DNA from: a virus
Strand: one strand, 5' to 3'
DNA: 64,000 nucleotides
IMG/VR virus record: IMGVR_UViG_3300042868_011620
Location: 68,552-132,551 of that record
Both the position numbers and the translations under genes were made by a program. A model generated the notes under the pieces. That model was given only the letters and a program-made list of their open reading frames with translations, was not told the origin of the DNA and did not search any database. Below, piece by piece: positions 45,122-55,909 of this stretch (its first letter is position 1; every line of letters begins with the position of its first letter).

Positions 45122-48100
45122 AACATTTTATTAAAAAGAGAATTTTTGCTGGAGCTGGTGGAAAAGAAAAACCAAGGCCAAAAGCTACAGTTTTAAAACC
45201 GCCAGATCTTGGTAATTTTAGTCTTGGCACTTCTTATAGTATTGTTGATATTATTGATTTAATTTCTGATGGTCCGATTGATGGTTTAGTAAATCAAAAT
45301 GGAAAAAATGTTTCTAATGGCAGTTTATTACAAGGTGTTTATTTGGATAACACTCCTGTAGAAATTACAAATAATGCAGGAGTAGGTAGTGATGGATCTC
45401 CTGTTTCAAATGTTATTGGACTTATTGATGACGATATTTTTAATACTCGTATTAAAGCATTTTCAGATCGAGTCAAAGGAACAAAAACAAGTATATTTGG
45501 TGATAGTATAGCAAATTGCTTTTTTAATTATGAAGCTGGCGCAGCGTATAGTAAGCAAAGACGATTTGCTGGAGTCTCTTTCCCATGGCTACGAAGTAAT
45601 GGTACTGATGGTCAAATAAAACAAGTATTTGCTGATTATAGTCCTGATGGGAAATGGCAACCTGTTTTTACTGACTTTTATGGAACCCCTCCTCCGTATT
45701 ATAATGGCGGAAATGTTATTAGTAATAATTTAAAGAATGAAGACCCTTATGATGATTATTATAATCAAGATGTTCATGTTAGTCAACATGGATATTATTT
45801 TAAACTTAAAGACGCTACTAGTAATTTTTATGCTCCAGTAAGTGATGCTGGTGCTAAAGCTGGAAAATCTATTATCGAAGTGCATTACTTGCGCAAGTCT
45901 TTGAGCAAGAAACAGTCAATTCTAATGGAATTAGCTAATTATTTAGATTCTAAAGTAGCAAGCCCAACTACCTTACCACTTGAGAAAAAATTAGCTGAAA
46001 AAATGAAAGCTAAGATTCTCAATCTTTGGCATAATTATCCTTTAGGAGTTACTGAAGGAATTAATAAATTTACAACAAAAAAAGGCAGTAATACGAAGGG
46101 CGAGCCAGATCCAACAGATGGAGCAAACTTTTCAAATTCTACATTTAGCGCTGATAGACCAAGTGATAAGTTTTTTGTGATTATTAAAATTGGGCACAAC
46201 CTTTGGCAAAATGATTCTGATTTAGAAAAACTTTATGGAAGTTGGGGAGCTAATAAATCTATTTTAGCTGATGGCTCAACGGATATTATTGATGAGTTTT
46301 CTCTTAAAATATCAAAATTACCCAGTGAAATTACTGTTCATAATCTTATTATTCCAAAACTATGCGAAGGAATAGGTGCTCCTAAATATCCAGGAAAAGT
46401 AAATGAAATGAGCGGAAGATTTTACGGATGTGTAATTCTTGAAATTCCACTAACTAAATTTCATGAAGCGATCAATAGTAAAGATAAAACTGGAAAACAA
46501 GGAAAATTCGCAAAATGGAACGATAATAAAGCTAGATTTAGAAGCCATAGAATTACTCGTTGGTCTTACAGCAAAGCTATTCAAGACTTAGAAGATAATG
46601 ATCATTCTATTCAATTCATAAGAGGAAATGGAGAAGATTCTAGCAATTACACAGTTACTGATAGAAAATTCAATTATTCAAATGTTTTATGTGAATTTAA
46701 ATCTGGAACAGAATTTCAACAACCCTTAAAATATTTTAATAATCTTAACATTGATTTTGAGTATGGAGCTGCGCTATATGGAGCCACCAGAATAAATAAT
46801 AGTAAGTTTGTTAGAAGATTACAGCAAGATGAACCTATTAAAGGTAAAACAAGCACTAAAGCGGCATGGAATGAAAAGACTGCTGAACAAACTGGCGGAC
46901 CTATTAGATTAAATTCTGATCGCGGTGATAAAGAAGGTAGTTCTGATATTAGAAAAATTGATTCTGAAGATCCAAATAGAACTAGAAATTTTTCCGATTG
47001 GAATAAAGAAGATCTTTTTAGTGAAGATGCATCCCCAATAGTTCATACAATTGAAAACCCAAATGTTACCAGCGTATATTTTACACTTGGCGTTTCTAGT
47101 TTAAGCGACACTATTCATGTAGATCAAGGTGGAGACAAAGGAAAACTAAAAGCTGGAGATTCTATTCCAGCAATTTTAGCAATCGATGTAACTTGGGGAA
47201 AGATTCAAGATGGAATAGAGATAAAGTCTGGCAGTAGACAATATAACATTATAGCTCAAATCGAAAGTCAAACCTTAATTGATTTTGGACGACCAAATGT
47301 AATAAGAGCGGACGATAATGCTAAAGCTGATTATGTTACATCGGGCACTACAGGAAATGGCGCAGGAACTTTAAATACTGCGCAAAGCACAGCATTTATT
47401 TTACCACTAATTAACGAAGGTGATGACATTTCTAGAGTAAAACGATTCATTAGAATTACTAAAATTTCTGTTGAAACTAATTCTGTATTGATTAGGAGAG
47501 AGTGCTCCTTAGTTAAAGTGACTGAAATTATTGATCAAAATCTAAGATATCCGTTCTCAAGTATTTGCGGTTTAAAATTAGATTCCAGATCTTTTGCATC
47601 TGTTCCAGATCGTTCTTATGATTGCCGTTTAAAGAAAGTTAGACTTCCTTCAAATTATCAACCATTATTAAATGGTATAGATCAAAGATACATTAGCGAT
47701 GCTTCAAAATATGATGGAACAGCTCAAATTTACAATGGAGACTGGAATGGATCTTTAGAAAATATTGGATGGACTGATAATCCAGCTTGGATTCTTTACG
47801 ATCTTTTAACAAGTACTAGATATGGATTAGGCGGATACCTTGATGCGTCTCAAATTAATATTTGGGAGCTGTATAAAATTGGAAGATTTTGTGATGCCGT
47901 TGATGAAAATGGACGTTTTGTTGGAGTTTCAGATGGACTTAGAGGTTTAGAACCTAGATACTCTTGTAATATTATATTTAGAGATAATATTAAAGTTTTT
48001 GACGCTATTAACATTGTTTCTAATTTATTTAGAGGAGCAACTTTCTTTTCAAATTCTGAAATTCATTTTTTAGATGATAGACCAAGAACTCCAATAGCAT

Positions 48101-49731
48101 TCTTTTCTAATGCTAATGTTAAAGACGGTTTTTTTAATTATGCAAATAATAGAAAAGATCAGCAGTTTAATACTGTTGAAGTTGTTTATCTTGATAGATT
48201 TGATAACTTTAAAACTAAAGTGGAATTTGTTGAAGATGAAGCTAATCTTAGAAAAAGAGGAGTTTTAAAAACAACAATTAATACCAACGGAGTAACATCT
48301 AGGGCTATGGCTCGCCGAATTGGCAAGCACATCATTCATCAAACTATTAAAGAAAATCAATCTATTGAATTTAGAGCTGGATTAGAAAGTTTATTATGCA
48401 GACCTGGAGACTTAATTGTTATTGAAGATGAAATGAAAACCAGAGAAACTAATTATGGTAAAGTTTTGGATGTTAATTTAACAAATAAATCTTTATATGT
48501 TGAAAATGAATTTTCCGAAGCAAATTATTCTGGTAAACTAACAGTTTATACTCCTACTGGTTACACTACCATGGGAGAACTAAAAAATCTAGCATCAGCT
48601 ACTCGCTATAGACTCGCTTCTTTTAGTATTATTGACGATGCTCCTAGTAATGTTTATATTGCTAAAATAACTGGCTCTTACTTTTTTGATAAGTATATGG
48701 ATGGCTATATTAATGATACAGATCCAGATTATTTTGCTATGTATACTGGATTTAATCCTACAAATAGTGGAAATTTGTTTTGCTATTATAATACTGGAGC
48801 TAGCGGTTGGGTTTTTTCTACTGGAAAAGCTTTCTCAGATAATGATACTTATGATATAATAATATCAAATACTGGACTTGATAAAGTAGACGATATTATT
48901 AGATCAGAGGATCTTTTTTATTCTTCTGGATTCGTATATAATTCAGCAGCGCTAGATAAAAGAGGATCTAGTATTCCCAATCTAAGTGGGAATATGACAA
49001 ATATAGAAAAACTAGGCAATGGAATGAATGGAGGAATTTTAAATAGTGAAATTTCCACTATAAATTATCCACAAATTACCACATTTAATATTACTGGTTT
49101 TGATAATCAAGACTATGGATCTACTCTATATTTAAATACTGGAGATCCTAATATAAATTTATTACAATTTGTTAAAGCTGGAAGTCCTTATCGAACAGAA
49201 AGAACTGGCGCTTCAGATCAAATTTATAAAATTCTTTCTATTAGAGAGGAGAGTCAAAATGAATACTCTATAGCAGCATCAAAATATGATACTGGCAAAT
49301 ATGAGTTAATTGAAAAATTTACAGTTCAAGACTATTTACCAGATACTTATTATGCTGGAGCTATTAAAGTAGAGAATTATCAAGTTGATCAATTACCAAT
49401 TCCACATATTCAAAAATTTGCTACTGGTAGATCAACTTCAACCTCATTTAGCCTTAGTGGAGCTTGGGACGAGGTAAAAGCTGGTAGTGGTTATCAAGTT
49501 AGTATTTATAATTCTTTAGCTCAATTTTCAGACGCTTTTAACGTTCCATCGGACGTTGTTAGATATGAGTTTACAGGATTAACTAATTTAGGAGAATGGA
49601 CTTTGAGTATTAAATCTTTAGGAAACAATGTTAATTTAGATTCTGATTATTCTACTGCAAATGTTTTTGTTTTATACCAAGGAATAACAGTTTTTGATAG
49701 ACCAGCTGTAAGTAATTTTACTATTTTATAA
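45118..49731 (+). CDS. lambda gpJ-like tail tip / host-specificity protein
   Basis: DLISDGPIDGL, YPFSS, WTDNPAWILYDLL...RYGLG, EPRYSCN and RPGDLI motifs. Confidence 0.9.
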   Translation: MKHFIKKRIFAGAGGKEKPRPKATVLKPPDLGNFSLGTSYSIVDIIDLISDGPIDGLVNQNGKNVSNGSLLQGVYLDNTPVEITNNAGVGSDGSPVSNVIGLIDDDIFNTRIKAFSDRVKGTKTSIFGDSIANCFFNYEAGAAYSKQRRFAGVSFPWLRSNGTDGQIKQVFADYSPDGKWQPVFTDFYGTPPPYYNGGNVISNNLKNEDPYDDYYNQDVHVSQHGYYFKLKDATSNFYAPVSDAGAKAGKSIIEVHYLRKSLSKKQSILMELANYLDSKVASPTTLPLEKKLAEKMKAKILNLWHNYPLGVTEGINKFTTKKGSNTKGEPDPTDGANFSNSTFSADRPSDKFFVIIKIGHNLWQNDSDLEKLYGSWGANKSILADGSTDIIDEFSLKISKLPSEITVHNLIIPKLCEGIGAPKYPGKVNEMSGRFYGCVILEIPLTKFHEAINSKDKTGKQGKFAKWNDNKARFRSHRITRWSYSKAIQDLEDNDHSIQFIRGNGEDSSNYTVTDRKFNYSNVLCEFKSGTEFQQPLKYFNNLNIDFEYGAALYGATRINNSKFVRRLQQDEPIKGKTSTKAAWNEKTAEQTGGPIRLNSDRGDKEGSSDIRKIDSEDPNRTRNFSDWNKEDLFSEDASPIVHTIENPNVTSVYFTLGVSSLSDTIHVDQGGDKGKLKAGDSIPAILAIDVTWGKIQDGIEIKSGSRQYNIIAQIESQTLIDFGRPNVIRADDNAKADYVTSGTTGNGAGTLNTAQSTAFILPLINEGDDISRVKRFIRITKISVETNSVLIRRECSLVKVTEIIDQNLRYPFSSICGLKLDSRSFASVPDRSYDCRLKKVRLPSNYQPLLNGIDQRYISDASKYDGTAQIYNGDWNGSLENIGWTDNPAWILYDLLTSTRYGLGGYLDASQINIWELYKIGRFCDAVDENGRFVGVSDGLRGLEPRYSCNIIFRDNIKVFDAINIVSNLFRGATFFSNSEIHFLDDRPRTPIAFFSNANVKDGFFNYANNRKDQQFNTVEVVYLDRFDNFKTKVEFVEDEANLRKRGVLKTTINTNGVTSRAMARRIGKHIIHQTIKENQSIEFRAGLESLLCRPGDLIVIEDEMKTRETNYGKVLDVNLTNKSLYVENEFSEANYSGKLTVYTPTGYTTMGELKNLASATRYRLASFSIIDDAPSNVYIAKITGSYFFDKYMDGYINDTDPDYFAMYTGFNPTNSGNLFCYYNTGASGWVFSTGKAFSDNDTYDIIISNTGLDKVDDIIRSEDLFYSSGFVYNSAALDKRGSSIPNLSGNMTNIEKLGNGMNGGILNSEISTINYPQITTFNITGFDNQDYGSTLYLNTGDPNINLLQFVKAGSPYRTERTGASDQIYKILSIREESQNEYSIAASKYDTGKYELIEKFTVQDYLPDTYYAGAIKVENYQVDQLPIPHIQKFATGRSTSTSFSLSGAWDEVKAGSGYQVSIYNSLAQFSDAFNVPSDVVRYEFTGLTNLGEWTLSIKSLGNNVNLDSDYSTANVFVLYQGITVFDRPAVSNFTIL

Positions 49732-49732
49732 T

Positions 49733-50902
49733 ATGTTTGAATTTGATACCACATATACTTTAGATACTGGAGCATTAACTGATTACTATACTGGCAGTGG
49801 AGTTCATTTATATAGAGATGTTTCTTTGTTGTTTGATATTTTAGATCCAGAAGGTGCAACATTTTTAACAGATGCTCAATTAACAAATAGCGCTATAATT
49901 AAAAATATATCTTTTGATGTTTTAACAACTGGAAAAGATTTAATTTATGAAAATTATAGAACTGGAAAAACTAGATTTTTAAAAATCTCTGAGCAAGAAA
50001 ACATTAATTTATTTGGCTTTTATCAAAAAGATTTTGCTATTAGAGCTTCAATTACTAATAATATTAATAGTGAATTATTTGTAGCTGAATTTTATCTCTA
50101 TGGAAATATTCCATCTATTAATTCAATTACAGCGTATGATGGAAGTAGCGGTGCGTTTGCATCTGGATCTGGAGTTTATGATAAAATTCAATTAAATATT
50201 AGTTTTGATAATAATATTAATTATATTAAATTTAATCGTATAGATATTTATGCTAATACTAGTCCATTAAATAATGTTGGACTTCAAGCTCATGGATCTT
50301 TAGATTTAAATACCACATATAACAATCCATATTATATTTATAGCCAACCAGCATTAAGTGATTTTTATAATAATAGTTTTTCGTCTCTTATTGATGTTCC
50401 TATTTCTAGAATATCCTACGATGTTCCATATTATTTTGCAGCAATCCCCTATTCAGAATTGGGATCTGGAGAAGCTGTATATTTTGGACCACTGATTGCT
50501 AGCAGAGAAAATCAAGATGATCCAGGAGAGAGCGTTTTCGTTACAAATCAACTGCAATTAAATCATGGCACATCATTTATGCGTATGGATTACATCACTG
50601 GATACATCACAGGAGCAAGTGGCACAAATACAATATTAGATACAATACCGAAAAGCTTGTACAGTACAATAACATATACGGCACAAATTAGCGATGCTAC
50701 TTTGTCCGTATCGTCATCAGAACTGAAGTTTGTTATTACTTCAACTGGAAGTCCATCATCTGGAGTTTCATTCTCTGAATATGCTATTAGTGATAATAAC
50801 TACCCAGTATACTCTTATACAAATTCTGGAGATTATCTTTACTTGAATGTTTCAGGAGTTGCTCCAACAGGAATTTTCAAACTTTACAAATTAGCTTTAT
50901 GA
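49733..50902 (+). CDS. tail-associated protein
   Basis: 389-aa beta-rich ORF directly after the J-like gene. Confidence 0.7.
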   Translation: MFEFDTTYTLDTGALTDYYTGSGVHLYRDVSLLFDILDPEGATFLTDAQLTNSAIIKNISFDVLTTGKDLIYENYRTGKTRFLKISEQENINLFGFYQKDFAIRASITNNINSELFVAEFYLYGNIPSINSITAYDGSSGAFASGSGVYDKIQLNISFDNNINYIKFNRIDIYANTSPLNNVGLQAHGSLDLNTTYNNPYYIYSQPALSDFYNNSFSSLIDVPISRISYDVPYYFAAIPYSELGSGEAVYFGPLIASRENQDDPGESVFVTNQLQLNHGTSFMRMDYITGYITGASGTNTILDTIPKSLYSTITYTAQISDATLSVSSSELKFVITSTGSPSSGVSFSEYAISDNNYPVYSYTNSGDYLYLNVSGVAPTGIFKLYKLAL

Positions 50903-51054
50903 CTAAAAGTTTCTCTCAAGCCTTCTAAGAATAAAAGTCTAGCCTCTGAGGATAGAGACGCATATTTTTTCTTAGCTCGCCGATACGTTTTGCGAGTAAT
51001 AGGATCATTTGGATTGATGATGGATCGAAGTTCTTTTGCTTTATTAGCATTCAT
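50884..51054 (-). CDS. small basic hypothetical protein (56 aa, not in ORF track)
   Basis: MNANKAKELR...TYRRAKKKY; ATGA overlap with the GNAT gene. Confidence 0.6.
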   Translation of the reverse strand: MNANKAKELRSIINPNDPITRKTYRRAKKKYASLSSEARLLFLEGLRETFSHKANL

Positions 51055-51509
51055 AATTTAGAGATGTAAGTTTCAGAGTCTTTTGCAAATCCTAGTTTTT
51101 CATAAAAGGATTTAATTTTGTCATGTTTAGGATGCTTTACCACAGTGTTCATGGAAATGTATTTAAAATCATTTTCTTTTGCATACTTTATTGCAGTAGA
51201 TAATAATTTGTATCCCACTTTAGGATTTTTGGACAACCATAGATATTCACTAAAGATTTTTACATTGAATTTAACATTTTTATCATTGATGAAAGCTATC
51301 AACGCATCAAATTTGCGCCCATTGTAATTTGCCCAAACTAATAAGTCCCATGCTAGTATAGTTTTATAGCAGAAAGCATTTTTGATGGATTGAACATCAT
51401 GTTTTACAAATTGATGAGCACTGTCAACATCTTCCTGCTGGAACAATTCCATCAAGTCGTCCAAGACGGTTTTAAATTCTTCAGGATTAGTTATTCTTTT
51501 TATGCTCAT
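51051..51509 (-). CDS. GNAT-like acetyltransferase
   Basis: VGYKLL...KYAKE...SFYEKLGF C-terminal GNAT pattern. Confidence 0.65.
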   Translation of the reverse strand: MSIKRITNPEEFKTVLDDLMELFQQEDVDSAHQFVKHDVQSIKNAFCYKTILAWDLLVWANYNGRKFDALIAFINDKNVKFNVKIFSEYLWLSKNPKVGYKLLSTAIKYAKENDFKYISMNTVVKHPKHDKIKSFYEKLGFAKDSETYISKL

Positions 51510-52347
51510 TAGTCAGTTTGAGAAGCATTCTAGATTGTTTGGAAGGAATGTCTTTGAACACATTCCACTCTTTAGCGTCTGAGAGCAATTCAGAAAGTTC
51601 TTTCTGCTCTGTTGGGCTTGCTTTCTTCCACAGTTTACGCAGGAATGCTTTAAACTCTTCCAAGGTCTGAACATGAAGCAATTCATTTGCAGCCTTCTCT
51701 AAGGCTCCCTGTGCAGTAATTGGCACTGCATTAGAAATCATAAGCTCAGCAACGTCTGAAACTCTATTCTTAGACTTGTCAATTTCATCCGCACCCACAA
51801 TGTGAACGTTTAAAAAGTTACGAACGCAGCGAACAAAAGCTCTGTTGCAAGCAATAGTCTCCAAGAACTTCAAACAAAAAAGATCAGTGTTATCAGCAGT
51901 AGCATTAGCCACATCTTCATAAACAACAGCTTCTCCATTTTCATAATTGGGAATCCACTCAACAGAGCATTTAGCCACAACATAATTATCTCTAGGATAA
52001 TCTAATGAATATTTTACTTTGGTGAATCCGCGAAGTTTAGCAAGCTCTTTGATTCCTCCCAGCATAATGAGAAGCTGCTTGTCTGTTAAACCTTCGGAGG
52101 AAGCTGGAACAGTTTGCTTTCTGAGATCAAACCAATCTTTGTTTGGATAAAGAAATTCAGGCTTGATCATGCTGCGCCAATTAACAGATCCATCCTCATT
52201 GAATGAGTAATTAATTGAATTGATCAATCCATACGCATTGCGTTTGCAATCAATGTGACTTGGCGGCTGATTGCTCAGCGCTTTGCTACTAGGAGTTTCG
52301 CTAGTTTGGATTTCGACTTCTGAGACTTCACTATTTTGAGTAGACAT
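51487..52347 (-). CDS. hypothetical protein, possibly Rad52/Sak-like annealing fold
   Basis: VVAKCSV...ETIACNRAFVRCVR...GADEI loosely resembles single-strand annealing proteins; weak call. Confidence 0.4.
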   Translation of the reverse strand: MSTQNSEVSEVEIQTSETPSSKALSNQPPSHIDCKRNAYGLINSINYSFNEDGSVNWRSMIKPEFLYPNKDWFDLRKQTVPASSEGLTDKQLLIMLGGIKELAKLRGFTKVKYSLDYPRDNYVVAKCSVEWIPNYENGEAVVYEDVANATADNTDLFCLKFLETIACNRAFVRCVRNFLNVHIVGADEIDKSKNRVSDVAELMISNAVPITAQGALEKAANELLHVQTLEEFKAFLRKLWKKASPTEQKELSELLSDAKEWNVFKDIPSKQSRMLLKLTNEHKKNN

Positions 52348-53488
52348 AAAAATGTTTTAATTCTTCTAAGAGAACTTCATCTTCGCACATTTCAAAGTTC
52401 TTGTCAAGAAATGTTTCATCTTTTAATAAGTGATATCGACTATTGTATTTTTTATTGTTTGAGAGAATGGTTTTACTAGAATTAAAAAATGCATTTTTAA
52501 AAGAAAAGTCTTTAGGAAGAAGATCTTTAGAATCAATTCCATATTCCTGAACTGAATAATCAAAAAATTCATATCTTAAAGCTGCTAGTTGATCTGGATT
52601 TTTGACGAGAAGGTGAAATTGAATTTTTAATTTTTTCAAAAGTTCCAAGTACTCAACTGCTGGCTTGTGTTGTTCATCAACGATAAAAGACAAGATGTGA
52701 ATTTTATGTTTAATAGTATCAAGCAATTCGATTGGAATGAACTTGTCTGTGATGATAGCAAATCGATTTAAATGCTGAAACCAATGCGTCCAACCCTCAC
52801 TAGTATCTGTCCAGTCTAGTCTTAAAAAACAAAATTCTGTTGCTGCCACTGATGATGGATTGAAAAAGTTTGGAACAATTTCTACAATTTTGTTGTGATA
52901 CATTCTGCCAGTAAAAAGAGTTTTTAAAGGAACCCTGTCATCTAGTTTTAAAGATTTTAAAATAGCAGATGCGATAGTTTCTGGAAGAATTTTATTAATA
53001 GAGTCTTCTGGATCATGATTGCTCAAACAAGGTTTCACACTCCAAGGAGCTTCAATGTTAATCTTTGATTTGCACCAGTATCCATCTGTTACAGAACTAA
53101 ACACGTTGCCAAATAGTGTTACTTGAGGCACATTAACTGAATTGGCGTAATGAGATAAAGCATCGTCCACTCCAATGTGTAGTTTAGATTTTGAAACAAT
53201 GTATGCTGTGTTTTTAAATCCTAGTTTGCCATAACTAATATTAACATTTTTTAATTTAGTTTCTGGAGTAGCACCAACTTGCACAATTGAAATGCCAAGC
53301 TTTCGTAATTGGCTACTAATAAGATCAATTACAATCTCATAGTAATGATATTTTTTAGCGCTAATCTCTGGCGCTAGTTGAATGGTAATGTAATTGTCAA
53401 ACATCACGGGATAAAAGTGGCGAGAAACAATTGGTTTGGAGATTTTTACTCCTAAACTTTTAGAATATTCTTCAATGAGATGGCTCAT
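52331..53488 (-). CDS. GT9-like (heptosyltransferase-like) glycosyltransferase
   Basis: IVQVG...AYIVSKSKLHIGVDD...HYA...VPQVTLFG. Confidence 0.65.
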   Translation of the reverse strand: MSHLIEEYSKSLGVKISKPIVSRHFYPVMFDNYITIQLAPEISAKKYHYYEIVIDLISSQLRKLGISIVQVGATPETKLKNVNISYGKLGFKNTAYIVSKSKLHIGVDDALSHYANSVNVPQVTLFGNVFSSVTDGYWCKSKINIEAPWSVKPCLSNHDPEDSINKILPETIASAILKSLKLDDRVPLKTLFTGRMYHNKIVEIVPNFFNPSSVAATEFCFLRLDWTDTSEGWTHWFQHLNRFAIITDKFIPIELLDTIKHKIHILSFIVDEQHKPAVEYLELLKKLKIQFHLLVKNPDQLAALRYEFFDYSVQEYGIDSKDLLPKDFSFKNAFFNSSKTILSNNKKYNSRYHLLKDETFLDKNFEMCEDEVLLEELKHFYVYSK

Positions 53489-55377
53489 ACTAGTGGGAAT
53501 TGAATTTTATCTTTTCCATTGTGAACAAAGGAAATGATTTTTTGAGTGGTGATTGTTGGAAAGAAAGCTAGTTCAAAATATCCTTTGTGATGAGCTTGTC
53601 CCTCTAAAATTGCTGAACTATCAATGGATGGAGAGTAAGGAATACACTTGTGAATATAAACGTTATCTTCAATGTATTCAAAATTATTTGGATTAGTAAT
53701 AATATAAATGTTGTGTTTAGGATATTGCTTCTTCAAGTTTCTCATCAATCCATTCACTAGTAAAACATCACTTTCAGAATCGGGTACTACAACTGCAATT
53801 CTGCGACCCTCATCATCAGAATCTAAAATGTCGCCAAACTCTATAACTTTTGAATCTGAATTAGTTTTGAGAGCAACATCTTGAAAATGTTTTAAAATGT
53901 TCTCTTTGGGAGTGCCATTCGCCAAGACGCCCAACCAGTGCTTGAGTCCTGTAGAGTTTTTATCTACATCTTCATTTAAGATGTTCTTATAAAGATCAAT
54001 CAAAAATGTTTCATTGTCTGCGTCTAAATTTTCAGGAGAGTACGTGTGATTTTTTTCAATAGCTTTAAAATCAAAATCAAACTCTACTTCTGGCATAGCA
54101 TCAATGATGTCTTCAATTTTTTTGCCAATAACTTCTATTGAACATTCATCAACTACAAACTGTCTAGCTTTAGCTCCAAGCTCTTCTCTTTCAAAAACTG
54201 CCATGTTGTAAACTCTGTGCAGTTGATTAGAAATGCTGATTGGGCAAGTGGATGCTTTGATGAATTGAGTTCCTGGCTCTCTGTACTCAAACCAATCTAA
54301 TGGAAGACCTCCGCTATCTTCATGACAATAATCTTCTCCGCACGAATAATCAGTAGCTAATGTGATCAACTCTGTGAGCTTAGCTTCTTGAATAGGAATT
54401 TCTTGTCCACCGCTAGTGAATGGATGACAGTAAACATCCATGAGATTGTAAATTTCATTCAATTGAGATTCATTAACTCCATCTGAAATATTAGTTGTAG
54501 AGAATGACTGTTGAGTGTGGCAGTGGGGGCATGATTTTTGCTGCCCAGAAAAAGGTTGCACACTATAAGAACTGCATGACTTACAAAAATAAGTTGTTAA
54601 AATATCATTAGCATTAATACTCTTCTCTTCTAGGAGTCGTGGAATGTCCCATCCTTCTGACCAATGAGTATGAAGCAAGATTTTAGCTTTGGGAGTTGAT
54701 GCCTTGAACATCTTAAAGCCATCTAAAATATTAGGAACGCTCTTTCTCAATTGATTGCGGAATACGAAACCAATGATGAATTCATCTTGCAGGTTGTTTT
54801 TACTTCTTAAAACTGCTCTTTGAAGATTTGACATCTTGTAAAAAGAAGTTGCGTCTAAACTTCCGCGCAATGTTTTAACATGAGAGTACCCCATCTCTTG
54901 AAATGCTTTTTCAGCAAATGATGCCCAAACATAATAATTCTTGATTTTAGGAGCAGCATCAATAGCAGATTGCAAAATTGGCAAACTGTCTAGAGTGGTC
55001 CAAATCATGCAGTTGATTTTATTCCACCATGGTTTGGAATATAGGGTATCGAATGCCCAAATGTCTTCGATTCCAATGTAAACGTCTGGCTTTACTGTTT
55101 TAATAGCCTCATCAATCAATTCCGCCCCATAAGATGCTGCTCGTTGGCGAGTAGGATCAGTGATTTTATTAAACGTTTCTGGATTTGGAAGAGATCCGTA
55201 AGTTTTCCAAGGAGTACTATCTGTTTCTCTGCCCTGCCAATTGTGACCATTAGCAAATTCAACGATGTTATATTTGTTAGTATTAAACAAATATCTTAGA
55301 ATATTTTTTTTGTTTTTGCCAAATCCAGTAAAGGCTTTGCAAAAGTTACTGTGAATTAAAACTGTTTTTTTACTCAT
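53485..55377 (-). CDS. GT4-like glycosyltransferase with extra domains
   Basis: TGFG, RNQLRK, CxxC...CPHC insert, LNEIYNLMDVYCHP...GGQEIPIQEA. Confidence 0.8.
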   Translation of the reverse strand: MSKKTVLIHSNFCKAFTGFGKNKKNILRYLFNTNKYNIVEFANGHNWQGRETDSTPWKTYGSLPNPETFNKITDPTRQRAASYGAELIDEAIKTVKPDVYIGIEDIWAFDTLYSKPWWNKINCMIWTTLDSLPILQSAIDAAPKIKNYYVWASFAEKAFQEMGYSHVKTLRGSLDATSFYKMSNLQRAVLRSKNNLQDEFIIGFVFRNQLRKSVPNILDGFKMFKASTPKAKILLHTHWSEGWDIPRLLEEKSINANDILTTYFCKSCSSYSVQPFSGQQKSCPHCHTQQSFSTTNISDGVNESQLNEIYNLMDVYCHPFTSGGQEIPIQEAKLTELITLATDYSCGEDYCHEDSGGLPLDWFEYREPGTQFIKASTCPISISNQLHRVYNMAVFEREELGAKARQFVVDECSIEVIGKKIEDIIDAMPEVEFDFDFKAIEKNHTYSPENLDADNETFLIDLYKNILNEDVDKNSTGLKHWLGVLANGTPKENILKHFQDVALKTNSDSKVIEFGDILDSDDEGRRIAVVVPDSESDVLLVNGLMRNLKKQYPKHNIYIITNPNNFEYIEDNVYIHKCIPYSPSIDSSAILEGQAHHKGYFELAFFPTITTQKIISFVHNGKDKIQFPLV

Positions 55378-55852
55378 TATTTTTAACGCTTTGATTTTGC
55401 TTGTAACGGAATTCAAAAATATTGTGAAGAATGTTTTTGCAGAACTCTCTCAAAACATAAGCTTCTCCAACTTCAATACCCACTCCAAACTTGATTGTAG
55501 AGTTTTTAGTCACGCTCAAAGAGTAAGCAGCAGTGCCATCTTGCTTTGTGTAGGGCTTAAAGTTGATAACAGTCTTGTTGTCATCAAAAGTGTGAAAAGC
55601 TTTGTACTCTGCACGATTTTCAATAGCGTGAATGAGACCTCCAAGCTCAAACTCGTTCAGCTTAAATGCAATAATCTTTTCTGGATTTTTAGCGTTTTCA
55701 GAAAATGATCCATTTTTGGTAGCATCATTCCAAGAGTGTTGCTGAATGCCATTAACGTAAACGCATGGCTCATAATTTTTACCAGTGACTCCCTCTTTAA
55801 AAGCAAATGCACATCCAGTATTCTTAGAATTGGGTTTGTAGAGACTAAACAT
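55370..55852 (-). CDS. hypothetical protein (possible PC4/Whirly-like ssDNA-binding fold)
   Basis: Repeated beta-beta-helix pattern; the fold guess is weak. Confidence 0.5.
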   Translation of the reverse strand: MFSLYKPNSKNTGCAFAFKEGVTGKNYEPCVYVNGIQQHSWNDATKNGSFSENAKNPEKIIAFKLNEFELGGLIHAIENRAEYKAFHTFDDNKTVINFKPYTKQDGTAAYSLSVTKNSTIKFGVGIEVGEAYVLREFCKNILHNIFEFRYKQNQSVKNNE

Positions 55853-55909
55853 ATCATGATGTTAATAATATAAAACTGGATTTCTATTATTTTTAACTTA
55901 AAATTTAAC

